In this document: positions 27,525 to 35,945 of the stretch, in pieces
Layout of the letters: each line of letters opens with the position of its first letter
Position numbering within the stretch: position 1 is the first letter of the stretch
Source: an uncultured Planctomycetia bacterium
Lineage (GTDB): Bacteria; Omnitrophota; Gorgyraeia; 2-01-FULL-45-10; JAHFGN01
DNA: 64,000 nt
NCBI GenBank assembly: GCA_964354545.1
Contig: CAYHAE010000005.1
Location: 12,414-76,413, forward strand
Direction of reading: 5' to 3'
Notes under the pieces: generated by a model
What the model was told of the DNA's origin: nothing
Database searches by the model: none
Seen by the model: only the letters and a program-made list of their open reading frames with translations
Position numbers and translations under genes: made by a program

Positions 27525-28739
27525 ATGGCACACAGGACCACACGACGTCGGAAGCAGGCGCCCTTAAACATCCTCGTCATCGGCATGGGGATGTACGTAT
27601 GCGGCAGAGGAACGGAAACCCATGGAACGATCATGCCGGCCATTTACGAGTGGAGGAAGAAGAATGAGTTGGGAGAAGTATATGTTGCCGGGACGGGCCC
27701 TGAGGGAATAAGTATTGCGAAAGCAAAAATAGACGAGATTGAGCGCAATACGGGAGTTCATGTTCCGCTCACGTTTTATCCCGAAGGGGAGCTCTACGAT
27801 CTTCAGTGTTATAGAAGGGCTATCCGCACGATACCGAAACCGGCGTGCGCGATCGTCGTGGTGCCCGATAATTACCACAGAGAGGTAGCAGGTGAAGCGA
27901 TTGAGGGCGGGCTCCACACGCTTGTGGTGAAGCCTCTTGCGCCGACCCTCAAAGAGGTGTACGAATTGATCGAGTTGCAGCGAAAGAAGCGCGTATACTG
28001 CGCGGTTGAATTTCACAAACGTTTCGACCACGCGAATCTGAAGCTCAAGGATTCTCTGCGTGAGGGGGTTATCGGAGATCCCCTCTACTTTCTCGTGGAG
28101 TTCAGTCAGCGGAAGAGTGTCCCCGCTGAACGTTTCAGAAAATGGGTCGAGGCAACAAATATCTTTCAGTATCTCGGAATTCACTATGTCGATATTATCT
28201 ATTTTGCAACAGGTGCGAGGCCGGTCCGCGCAATGGCATTGGGGCAACGGGGGTGGCTCTATTCAAGGGGCATCGATACCTATGATTCGATAGAGGCCAT
28301 CATTGAATGGGAGATGCCCGGCGGTCAAAGATTCACTTCTTCGATCCTTACTAACTGGATCGATCCGGAGTCAACTTCTGCGATGTCCGATCAGAAGATA
28401 AAGGTAATAGGGACGAAAGGGAGGTTTGAGTCCGACCAGAAGCGGCGCGGGGTCATGATCGTGAGCGACGAGAGGGGGATAAAAGAGCCAAATCCGTATT
28501 TTTCGGCTTCATACGGCACTCCCCCTATGGTTTCATATCATGGGTATGGGATCGAAAGCATACACCAGTTCCTGAAAGACGTTATCGATATCGAGTCGGG
28601 GATTGTGACGATAGATGCGCTCGAAGATAAAAGGCCTACGTTTGCGCAGTCGATCGTGCCCACCGCAGTTATCGAGAGCGTCAATAAGAGTCTCAAGGAC
28701 GGAGGGCAATGGATAGCCATTCAAGAAGTGGAAAAGTGA
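27525..28739 (+). CDS. Gfo/Idh/MocA-like oxidoreductase (predicted dehydrogenase)
   Basis: The N-terminal dinucleotide-binding-like segment is NILVIGMGMYVCGRG. The family motif EGGLHTLVVKPLAPTLKEVYELIELQRKKRVYCAVEFHKRFD is present. The start was trimmed to the ATG at 27525, after a GAGG RBS. Confidence 0.55.
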   Translation: MAHRTTRRRKQAPLNILVIGMGMYVCGRGTETHGTIMPAIYEWRKKNELGEVYVAGTGPEGISIAKAKIDEIERNTGVHVPLTFYPEGELYDLQCYRRAIRTIPKPACAIVVVPDNYHREVAGEAIEGGLHTLVVKPLAPTLKEVYELIELQRKKRVYCAVEFHKRFDHANLKLKDSLREGVIGDPLYFLVEFSQRKSVPAERFRKWVEATNIFQYLGIHYVDIIYFATGARPVRAMALGQRGWLYSRGIDTYDSIEAIIEWEMPGGQRFTSSILTNWIDPESTSAMSDQKIKVIGTKGRFESDQKRRGVMIVSDERGIKEPNPYFSASYGTPPMVSYHGYGIESIHQFLKDVIDIESGIVTIDALEDKRPTFAQSIVPTAVIESVNKSLKDGGQWIAIQEVEK

Positions 28740-29935
28740 CGGCGAAGGAGCTTCGCGTAGAGGCCGGGGTCCTCGAGCGCTTCATAACGCGCGTGCTGCG
28801 AAAAGAGGGCGTTCGTGCTGACGTCGCGAGATATGTCGAAGAAGGGCTCGTGCAGACTTCGTTGAGAGGCGTCGATTCGCACGGCGTGCGTCTTTTTCCC
28901 CATTATATTGCCGAACTCAAGGGCGGACGGGTCAACCCTGATCCGGAATATAGGTTCCGTAAAACATCATATTCAACCGGAATACTTGATGCTGATCATA
29001 CCTTTGGGCATGCGGCAGGCATGGAGGCCGCGAAGCGCGCGATCGGCCTCGCACGTAAGGCAGGGACAGGTCACGTTGCGGTATGCAACTCAAATCACTT
29101 TGGCGCAGCTGCCTGCTATGCGCTGGAGATCGCGCGGCATGACATGATCGGCATGAGTTTCACGAACACCGATGCCCTGGTAAAGACCTACGCGGGGAAA
29201 AGGCCGTTTATGGGGAATAACCCGATATGTTTCGCCGCACCCTGCAAAGGCGAGGAACCTTTTTGTCTCGATATGGCAACGAGCGTCACCACCTTCAACA
29301 GGATCAGGCAGCTGAGGGATGAGAGACGGCCTGCGCCGGAAGGGGTCGGGGCAAATCGGGAAGGCATTGAAACAACCAACCCGGATGATATCACCATGCT
29401 TTTGCCGATCGGAGGCTATAAGGGGTACGGCCTCAGCATGGCCGTTGAGGTCCTGTGCAGTCTTCTCACCGGGATGCCCTATGGACCGCATATCCCCAAG
29501 ATGTTCGAGGCGCCCATGAGCGCACATAGATTTCTCGGGCATTTCGTCATTGCGATGAGGATCGACCGGTTCCACGATAAAGAGGCGTTCAAGGAGCGGC
29601 TTTCGCAGATGGTGCATGAATTGAGGAGTGAGCCGCGCCTGGATAAGAGGACACCCGTACAGGTAGCGGGTGATCCTGAAAAGAGGAGCGCTGTCGAGAG
29701 GAAGAAAAAAGGGATCCCTTTTACCCTGCGGGAGTTCAAGGCATTCAAGGAGTTGAGCCGTGAATACGGAGTCGGATTTGACCTGCGCCCCGGACCCGCG
29801 TTGCGTTCCGCTTCACGGGATGGCGTGGGTTCCCTGCCTGGACGCCGGGGGAGGCGCTCTATGGAGCCCGAAGAGGGAAATCGCGGCCGTAAGATCACGG
29901 AGCTTCATCTTATGCGCGCGAGAGGTAATCGATGA
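28709..29935 (+). CDS. Ldh_2-family (malate/L-lactate/sulfolactate dehydrogenase family 2) NAD(P)H-dependent oxidoreductase
   Basis: The Ldh_2 signature is RGVDSHGVRLFPHYIAELKGGRVNP...HFGAAACYA. A GGAGGG RBS precedes the ATG at 28709; an alternative GTG is at 28736. The C-terminal 50 aa are an Arg/Gly-rich low-complexity tail. Confidence 0.65.
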   Translation: MDSHSRSGKVTAKELRVEAGVLERFITRVLRKEGVRADVARYVEEGLVQTSLRGVDSHGVRLFPHYIAELKGGRVNPDPEYRFRKTSYSTGILDADHTFGHAAGMEAAKRAIGLARKAGTGHVAVCNSNHFGAAACYALEIARHDMIGMSFTNTDALVKTYAGKRPFMGNNPICFAAPCKGEEPFCLDMATSVTTFNRIRQLRDERRPAPEGVGANREGIETTNPDDITMLLPIGGYKGYGLSMAVEVLCSLLTGMPYGPHIPKMFEAPMSAHRFLGHFVIAMRIDRFHDKEAFKERLSQMVHELRSEPRLDKRTPVQVAGDPEKRSAVERKKKGIPFTLREFKAFKELSREYGVGFDLRPGPALRSASRDGVGSLPGRRGRRSMEPEEGNRGRKITELHLMRARGNR

Positions 29936-31635
29936 AGGATGATGGGCGCACCGACATACTGATAATCATTCCGCCGGCAGGGACGACAAATACCGTCTTT
30001 CCTCCCTATGGCGCGATGTATGTAGCGAGCGCCCTGCGGGAAAAGGGTTATTGCCCGAAAATATTGAATGTCGATACCGGGCGGATCGCTGATCACGAGG
30101 TGATCGAGCGGATCAGGAGGGAAAATCCCCGCTACATCGGTTTCAGCGGTATAGTCGCCCCCTCCTATAGGTACATCAAAGAGCTGAGCCTGGAGCTGAA
30201 GGATGCCTTTCCCGATCGGATCCAGATCCTTGGCGGCGGTCTCTCAAGTGCTGCGGAAACGGTGCTTGCGAATACGGCTGTCGATATTGTCGTATACGGC
30301 GAAGGCGACCTGACCGCCGGAGAGCTCATGGATTGCCTGGAACGCAAGGGGGACTTGAGCAGCGTCCCCGGAATATATTACAGGTCCGGCACCGATATCT
30401 GTTACACCGGCGAGAGGGAATTAGTGCGGGACCTCGATGCCCTGCCGTATCCGGCGTTCGACCTTGTCGATATGGACCGGTATCTCCCCAACGGCGTGGA
30501 GTTGATCCACCGCCACACCAGGAACGTCAACGACAGGCGGATATACGATAGAAGACGGAAGCGAAAGATGATGACGCTCCTCGCGGGCAGGGGGTGTTTC
30601 GGAAGATGCAGTTTTTGCTTCAGGGCATATCCCGGGATACGCTTTCACTCGATGCGGTATGTCTTCGACCTCATCGAATACTGCGCGGATAGATTCGACG
30701 CCGGATTCTTCTCGTTCGGAGATGAGTGTTTCACGGCGAATAAGGCGCGCCATTGGGAGTTCATCAATGAGTACAGGCGCCGGAAGATGGACTTTGTCTT
30801 TCGGATCCAGGGCGCACGGGTCGACACGTTCGACAGGGATATTCTGCGCGCGTACAAGGAGATCGGGTGCTGGATGATAGAGTACGGGTTCGAATCGGGA
30901 AGCCAAAAGATGCTTAACATCATTGATAAGCGCGTTACGGTCGAACAAAATCGGCGCGTTGCCCTCTGGACACGCGAGGCGGGCATTCATACGTCGCCGA
31001 CGCTGGTGCTCGCGATGCCCGGCGAGGACGATAAGACGATACAGGAGTCGATAGAGTTCCTGAAGTCCCTCGATTTCTGTTTCAAGCAGTACCAGTGGAC
31101 GTTTGCGCTCCCCATAGCAGGATCGCCGCTCTACGAATACGCGCGCCTGGTCGGGGCGATCATCGATGAGGATGAATACCTTTCGTCGATCGCGGGCGAG
31201 GTCGGTGCCGCCGGCGTATTTCACGTGAACCTGACCTCGTGCTCGGATGAGGCGGTGGTTTCGTGGCCCGAGAGGATAACGCGCGAAGTCGACGCGCATT
31301 ATTTTCGCACACACTATCGTCACGCGTGGCATGCGCGATGCGCGAAGATCGCAGCGCTTATCGACATTCATATAAAGCGACGGGATCTCCTCACGGTCCT
31401 CGCGAAGAAGGCGGGTTCGCTCCTCGCTCGCGCAGGCGCATCGTCTCCAAAGACGCGTGTCGTCCGGTATAGGGCGCGGGACGAATATAGGACCGGGGAA
31501 CTCTTCAAGCCTCACTGCTCGGCATCGGTTGACCCTGCGGGGGCGCTTGCCCTCGTCAATAAGCGCCTCCGGGAAGGATCGCTCGTTCGCGTTTCCGGTC
31601 ATCCGTACGGCGGGCCCGCCGGAAAGGATATATGA
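29932..31635 (+). CDS. Cobalamin (B12)-binding radical SAM enzyme
   Basis: The B12-binding N-domain is ILIIIPPAGTTNTVFPPYGAMYVASALREKGY. The radical SAM motif is LLAGRGCFGRCSFCFR. There is an ATGA overlap with the upstream gene. Confidence 0.85.
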   Translation: MKDDGRTDILIIIPPAGTTNTVFPPYGAMYVASALREKGYCPKILNVDTGRIADHEVIERIRRENPRYIGFSGIVAPSYRYIKELSLELKDAFPDRIQILGGGLSSAAETVLANTAVDIVVYGEGDLTAGELMDCLERKGDLSSVPGIYYRSGTDICYTGERELVRDLDALPYPAFDLVDMDRYLPNGVELIHRHTRNVNDRRIYDRRRKRKMMTLLAGRGCFGRCSFCFRAYPGIRFHSMRYVFDLIEYCADRFDAGFFSFGDECFTANKARHWEFINEYRRRKMDFVFRIQGARVDTFDRDILRAYKEIGCWMIEYGFESGSQKMLNIIDKRVTVEQNRRVALWTREAGIHTSPTLVLAMPGEDDKTIQESIEFLKSLDFCFKQYQWTFALPIAGSPLYEYARLVGAIIDEDEYLSSIAGEVGAAGVFHVNLTSCSDEAVVSWPERITREVDAHYFRTHYRHAWHARCAKIAALIDIHIKRRDLLTVLAKKAGSLLARAGASSPKTRVVRYRARDEYRTGELFKPHCSASVDPAGALALVNKRLREGSLVRVSGHPYGGPAGKDI

Positions 31636-32771
31636 TAGCATGGATCGTGCTCATACTCATCGTGCTCTGCGCGGTCATTGAATCGCTCTCATATGCGATC
31701 TACCGTACGAACAGGAATGTGCGGGAGATCGCGAGGGATATGCTTGGCAAAAAGAGGCCCCCCAGCAGCGACATCGAGACCTTCATGCTCAGATACGCGG
31801 AACATCCTTTTCTCGGCTATGCGCTTAACCCCGAATTCAGGAATTCGTTCGGAGAGGCGATCCACAACACATGCGGGTTCCGGTTCGAAGGGGATCTCTA
31901 CAACCTTGACGGAACGGTGGTCTATTGCGCCGGAGACAGTTCGACCTATTGCAACGGGATCGAGAGAAATAAGGATACGTGGCCGGCACTTCTCCAGAAC
32001 GCCCTGCGTACCCACCCTTCTTACAAAGAAGCGGTGGTGGTAAACGGCGGATGCGGGGCATGGACGAGTTTTCAGAGCCTCATTCGTTTCTTGACATGGG
32101 TCGATGTCATCAGGCCCCAGCTCGTCATCGTGTATCATGGAAAGACCGATTTCATACCATTCATGGCGGGCGATGCATCTGTCCGGAAGATATTCCCCGA
32201 CTACAGCAATATCATGTGTTCGCTGAGGATGGGTGCCCTCGCGCGCGCGTGGGGGGCGCTGGCGAGGTTCTCATATGCCGGGAAGATCGCCTACGGTGCC
32301 TACGTGAACACTGCGTACGAGAACATCCATTGGAAAGTGCTTCGGCAGAAGAAGGCAAAGCTTCCCAATGAGATCCGCAAGGGGTTGCGGCGCGTGACGC
32401 CGGAAGCGTTTGATTTTATCTTCTCGAGGTACCGTTCGTTCGTGGATGCATGCGTTGCGCGGAAGATACCCATCCTGCTGGTCACTCAAAGAGTGGCGAG
32501 CGTCCTCTATCGGCCCTATATGAGCGAGCTCAATGACCGGATCAGGTCGCTTGCCTGTGCACCGGAAGGGGTCTACGTGTACGATTTCGACCGCGAGGCC
32601 TCGGGCGCAGATAGGTTCCTTTTCGACAGTGTCCACTTCACGCACGAAGGTGTGCGTTTCTTCAGCGAACGGCTGAGGGATTTCATATGTTCTCAGATCA
32701 TCCCTCCCTTACGCGGAAAGGCGCGAGAGACATCCGAGGTGCTCGCGCAGGGGAGAGGAGGGACGGTGTGA
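31632..32771 (+). CDS. Membrane-anchored SGNH/GDSL-family hydrolase (candidate glycan O-acyl esterase/transferase)
   Basis: An N-terminal transmembrane helix (MIAWIVLILIVLCAVIESL) is present. SGNH block I is VVYCAGDSSTY. Block V is the DxxH in FDSVHFTHEG. Confidence 0.5.
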   Translation: MIAWIVLILIVLCAVIESLSYAIYRTNRNVREIARDMLGKKRPPSSDIETFMLRYAEHPFLGYALNPEFRNSFGEAIHNTCGFRFEGDLYNLDGTVVYCAGDSSTYCNGIERNKDTWPALLQNALRTHPSYKEAVVVNGGCGAWTSFQSLIRFLTWVDVIRPQLVIVYHGKTDFIPFMAGDASVRKIFPDYSNIMCSLRMGALARAWGALARFSYAGKIAYGAYVNTAYENIHWKVLRQKKAKLPNEIRKGLRRVTPEAFDFIFSRYRSFVDACVARKIPILLVTQRVASVLYRPYMSELNDRIRSLACAPEGVYVYDFDREASGADRFLFDSVHFTHEGVRFFSERLRDFICSQIIPPLRGKARETSEVLAQGRGGTV

Positions 32772-33577
32772 TGAGCAGGCTGCGGCGCGCATGGCGCATG
32801 ATCGCAATGGTACCCGCGCGTATGGGGTCGACAAGGCTTACGATAAAGAACCTCGCCCTCCTCAACGGGAAGCCGCTCATCTATTACGCGATAAAGGCAT
32901 CGAAGGATTCGGGCGTATTCGAACGCATCGTGATCAATTCGGAGCATCCGCTCTTCGCAAAGATCGCGAGGCGTTACGGGGTCGAGTTCTACAGGAGGCC
33001 GGACGAGTGGGCGACGTCGGACGCGAAGTCGGATTCCGTCGTATACGATTTTCTCACGAAGAACCCTTGCGATATCGTCGCGTGGGTGAACCCGACCTCG
33101 CCCCTCCAGACAGGCGAAGAGGTGAGGCGCGTCGTGGAGTACTTCCGGGAGGAAAAACTCGATTCTCTCATCACGGTGAAGGACGAACAGGTCCACTGCA
33201 TGTATAGGGGGAGGCCCGTGAACTTCCGCATGGATGAGGAGTTCGCGAAGACCCAGGACCTGAGCCCCGTCCACCCGTTCGTCTACTCGGTGATGATGTG
33301 GCGGTCCCGGCCCTTCATGCGGGAATTCGAGAAGAAGGGCCGCGCGCTCTTCTGCGGGAAGTTCGGCGTATACTCTGTGAGCAGGCTCACGGGCATCATC
33401 ATCAAGCGCGAAGAGGACCTTATGCTGGCGGATTATATCATGCGGGCCGCGGCGCGGGGAAAGAGATATAAGGTGCGCTATGACAGGCTCGTGAAAGACT
33501 ATAGACCACAGACTATAGACCATAGACCGAAGACCATAGACCAGAGACAAACGGCTGGCGCGAAGGGACAGCGATGA
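32771..33577 (+). CDS. Acylneuraminate cytidylyltransferase-family protein (second CMP-sugar synthetase-like gene)
   Basis: The CTP_transf_3 signature MIAMVPARMGSTRLTIKNLALLNGKPLIYYAI is present. The ATG at 32771 overlaps the upstream TGA, after a GGAGG RBS. The C-terminus is encoded by a short tandem DNA repeat. Confidence 0.7.
   Translation: MSRLRRAWRMIAMVPARMGSTRLTIKNLALLNGKPLIYYAIKASKDSGVFERIVINSEHPLFAKIARRYGVEFYRRPDEWATSDAKSDSVVYDFLTKNPCDIVAWVNPTSPLQTGEEVRRVVEYFREEKLDSLITVKDEQVHCMYRGRPVNFRMDEEFAKTQDLSPVHPFVYSVMMWRSRPFMREFEKKGRALFCGKFGVYSVSRLTGIIIKREEDLMLADYIMRAAARGKRYKVRYDRLVKDYRPQTIDHRPKTIDQRQTAGAKGQR
33495..33550. repeat. Short tandem repeat (ATAGACC[A] x4-5) inside the 3' end of a CDS and upstream of the next start
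   Basis: The sequence GACTATAGACCACAGACTATAGACCATAGACCGAAGACCATAGACCAGAGAC encodes a DYRPQTIDHRPKTIDQRQT tail. It lies 25-80 bp upstream of the ATG at 33574. Confidence 0.5.
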
Positions 33578-34941
33578 AAGATCTTGTATCGATTATCATC
33601 CGCACCAAGAACGAAGAGCGATGGATCGCCCAGTGCCTCCAGAGCGTCCTCGGCCAGGAGTATAAGAAGTTCGAGGTGATCATCGTCGATAATCAATCGA
33701 CGGACAAGACCGTTGAGAAGGCGAAGACGTTCCCTATCTCGAAGGTCGTGACGTGCGGCGAGTACTTGCCCGGGAAGGCGCTCAATATGGGGATAAGGGA
33801 GTCGAGAGGGGACTACATCGCGATACTCTCGGGCCACTGTATCCCTGTCAATAAGCTGTGGCTCACCAATCTGCTCAGGAACTTCAATGGGGGCAGCGTT
33901 GCAGGGGTCTATGGCCGACAGGAGCCGATGGAATTCACCTCAGACGCAGACAAGCGGGACCTCGCGCTCGTCTTCAGCCTTGACAGGAAGGTCCAGCTGA
34001 AGGACAGTTTTTTTCACAATGCCAACAGCATGATCCGCAGGGACATTTGGCAGGAGACACCGTTCAATGAGACTGTCACGAACATCGAGGACAGGGTGTG
34101 GGCCAAAGAGGTGCTCGAGAAAGGGGCCCAGATCGTCTATGAACCCGAGGCGAGCGTTTACCACTACCACGGCATACACCAGAACGGCGATGAGGAGAGG
34201 TGCAGGAACGTGGTGAGGATCCTCGAGAGCCTCCACGCCGACTATCAATATAAGACCATCGACGCCGAAAAATTGAATACGGTCGCCTTCATTCCTGTAA
34301 AGGGGCCTATCAGGTACCTGAACGAGAAGCCGCTCGTCGCGTACACGATCGAGACCGCCCGCGAGTCGAAGTACATCAAGAAGATAATCGTCTCGACCGA
34401 CAACGCGGAACTCGCCGCGCTCGCGAGAGAGCTCGGGGCAGAGGCCCCGTTCATCCGGGAGCCCGCTCTTTCCAGTGAGAAGGTAAATCTCGCTCAGGTG
34501 CTCCAGTACTCGCTTCATAGGATCGAGGAGCTCAAGGTGTTCCCGGACCTCGTCGTATCGCTTGAGGTCACGTTCCCGTTCAGGCCGAAGGGGCTTTTGG
34601 ACAGGATGATCGCGCACCTCGCGGAAGGAGGCTTCGACAGCGTCGTCGCGGCGCGGTTGGAGAACAGGGCCATATGGAAAGAGAGGGAAGGGGCTATCGT
34701 CCAGATCGACGAAGGCCTCACGCCTCGCCAGTTCAAAGAGCCGACCTACATCGAGCTGAAAGGGGTCGGTTGCGTGACACATCCCGAATTCCTCCGGCAG
34801 GGGACGCTCCTCGGGGAGAAGATAGGGCTCTACGAGGTGGACGATCCCTATTCGCACCTCGAGGTGAGGAGCAAAGAGGATTTTTCGATGGCGTCGTTTT
34901 TGATGAAGGAGTGGGCACAAGAGCGATGGATGTCTTTATAG
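33574..34941 (+). CDS. Bifunctional fusion: GT2 glycosyltransferase N-domain plus acylneuraminate cytidylyltransferase-like C-domain
   Basis: The N-terminal GT2 signature is VSIIIRTKNEERWIAQCLQSVLGQEYKKFEVIIVDNQSTDKT. A DxD-like region is present. The C-terminal CTP_transf_3 region is VAFIPVKGPIRYLNEKPLVAYTIETARESKYIKKIIVSTDNAE. Confidence 0.7.
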   Translation: MKDLVSIIIRTKNEERWIAQCLQSVLGQEYKKFEVIIVDNQSTDKTVEKAKTFPISKVVTCGEYLPGKALNMGIRESRGDYIAILSGHCIPVNKLWLTNLLRNFNGGSVAGVYGRQEPMEFTSDADKRDLALVFSLDRKVQLKDSFFHNANSMIRRDIWQETPFNETVTNIEDRVWAKEVLEKGAQIVYEPEASVYHYHGIHQNGDEERCRNVVRILESLHADYQYKTIDAEKLNTVAFIPVKGPIRYLNEKPLVAYTIETARESKYIKKIIVSTDNAELAALARELGAEAPFIREPALSSEKVNLAQVLQYSLHRIEELKVFPDLVVSLEVTFPFRPKGLLDRMIAHLAEGGFDSVVAARLENRAIWKEREGAIVQIDEGLTPRQFKEPTYIELKGVGCVTHPEFLRQGTLLGEKIGLYEVDDPYSHLEVRSKEDFSMASFLMKEWAQERWMSL

Positions 34942-35927
34942 GCCGAGAGTTTTCACGCTATTACGAGAAAGCGCCTCTTACGCTCGTCGACATAGGGGCG
35001 CGAGGCGGCATAGAGAAGAATTGGAGGAGGGCGCGGCAGAACCTCTGCGTGATAGGTTTTGAGCCCGACACGCAGGAGTGTGAGAAGCTTGCTCTCGCAG
35101 CCGGCAGAGGCGCGAGGCGCTATCTGAACTCAGCGCTCTATAAAAGTAAGGGGACCGTCGAATTTCACCATACGAGAGCCGGCGGCGCCTCATCGATATT
35201 CAGGCCGAACAGGGATTTTGTCGATCGATTTCCCGAGTCGAGCCGCCTCGATATTGTCGGGACGGTCGCCGTCGAGGCCGATACGTTGGACAACCAGCTT
35301 CGCTCTCACGGCATCAGGGACGTCGATTTCGTCAAAGTAGATACCCAGGGCAGCGAGCTGTACGTACTGCAGGGCGGGCGCGATATCATATGCGGCTCCG
35401 TATTCGGAATGGAGATCGAGGTCGAATTTGCCCCTGTCTACGAAGGGCAGCCTTTATTCTCTGACGTCGATGCCCTCGTGAGGGGGTGCGGGTTTTCGCT
35501 CTTTGACCTCAAACCATATTATTGGAAGAGAGGCGCGGGGCAGTCGTACGGCAGGCCTAAAGGGCAGATCATCTTCGCGGACGCCCTCTATCTGAGGGAT
35601 ACGGACAGCCTGCACCGCATGCTCGGCCCTCTCCAGGGAGACAGTTCGAAAAAAGCGAAGATCGCAAGGGCGATCTCGATATGCGCTATCTATGGGTATC
35701 TGGATTATGCGCTCGAGATCTTTACGTCGGAGAAAGACCTTTTTACCCGCGAAGAGCAGAGTTCGTTCATGAAGGCGCTCGAGAAGGACGTTTCGCTCTC
35801 GCGGAAGATCCCGGATTTTCGCGGAAGAGGGCATATCGCGAACTGCATCCATTCATTGTACAGGCTCATACATCCCTCCGGGAGGAGCTGGCATTCGAGC
35901 GGAAGGGCTCTCGGTAATGTGGAATAG
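34926..35927 (+). CDS. FkbM-family SAM-dependent methyltransferase
   Basis: The FkbM motif LVDIGARGGIEKNW is present. The ORF-track start at 34674, in a frame overlapping the upstream gene, was trimmed to the ATG at 34926. Confidence 0.7.
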   Translation: MDVFIGREFSRYYEKAPLTLVDIGARGGIEKNWRRARQNLCVIGFEPDTQECEKLALAAGRGARRYLNSALYKSKGTVEFHHTRAGGASSIFRPNRDFVDRFPESSRLDIVGTVAVEADTLDNQLRSHGIRDVDFVKVDTQGSELYVLQGGRDIICGSVFGMEIEVEFAPVYEGQPLFSDVDALVRGCGFSLFDLKPYYWKRGAGQSYGRPKGQIIFADALYLRDTDSLHRMLGPLQGDSSKKAKIARAISICAIYGYLDYALEIFTSEKDLFTREEQSSFMKALEKDVSLSRKIPDFRGRGHIANCIHSLYRLIHPSGRSWHSSGRALGNVE

Positions 35928-35945
35928 GGCCCAAGGGATACCGGT

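Noticed and set aside
30421-31641. 406-aa minus-strand ORF antisense to the third B12-radical SAM gene
   Set aside because: It overlaps the radical SAM core (GRGCFGRCSFC) on the opposite strand. It is a high-GC artefact.
32693-34920. Minus-strand ORFs 32693..33550 (285 aa) and 33940..34920 (326 aa)
   Set aside because: They are antisense to the cytidylyltransferase and the GT2-fusion genes, which carry clear family motifs. They have no independent support.
34674-34925. N-terminal 84 codons of the listed ORF 34674..35927
   Set aside because: This part lies in a different frame inside the upstream GT2-fusion gene. The FkbM domain begins at the ATG at 34926, which is where the gene was started.
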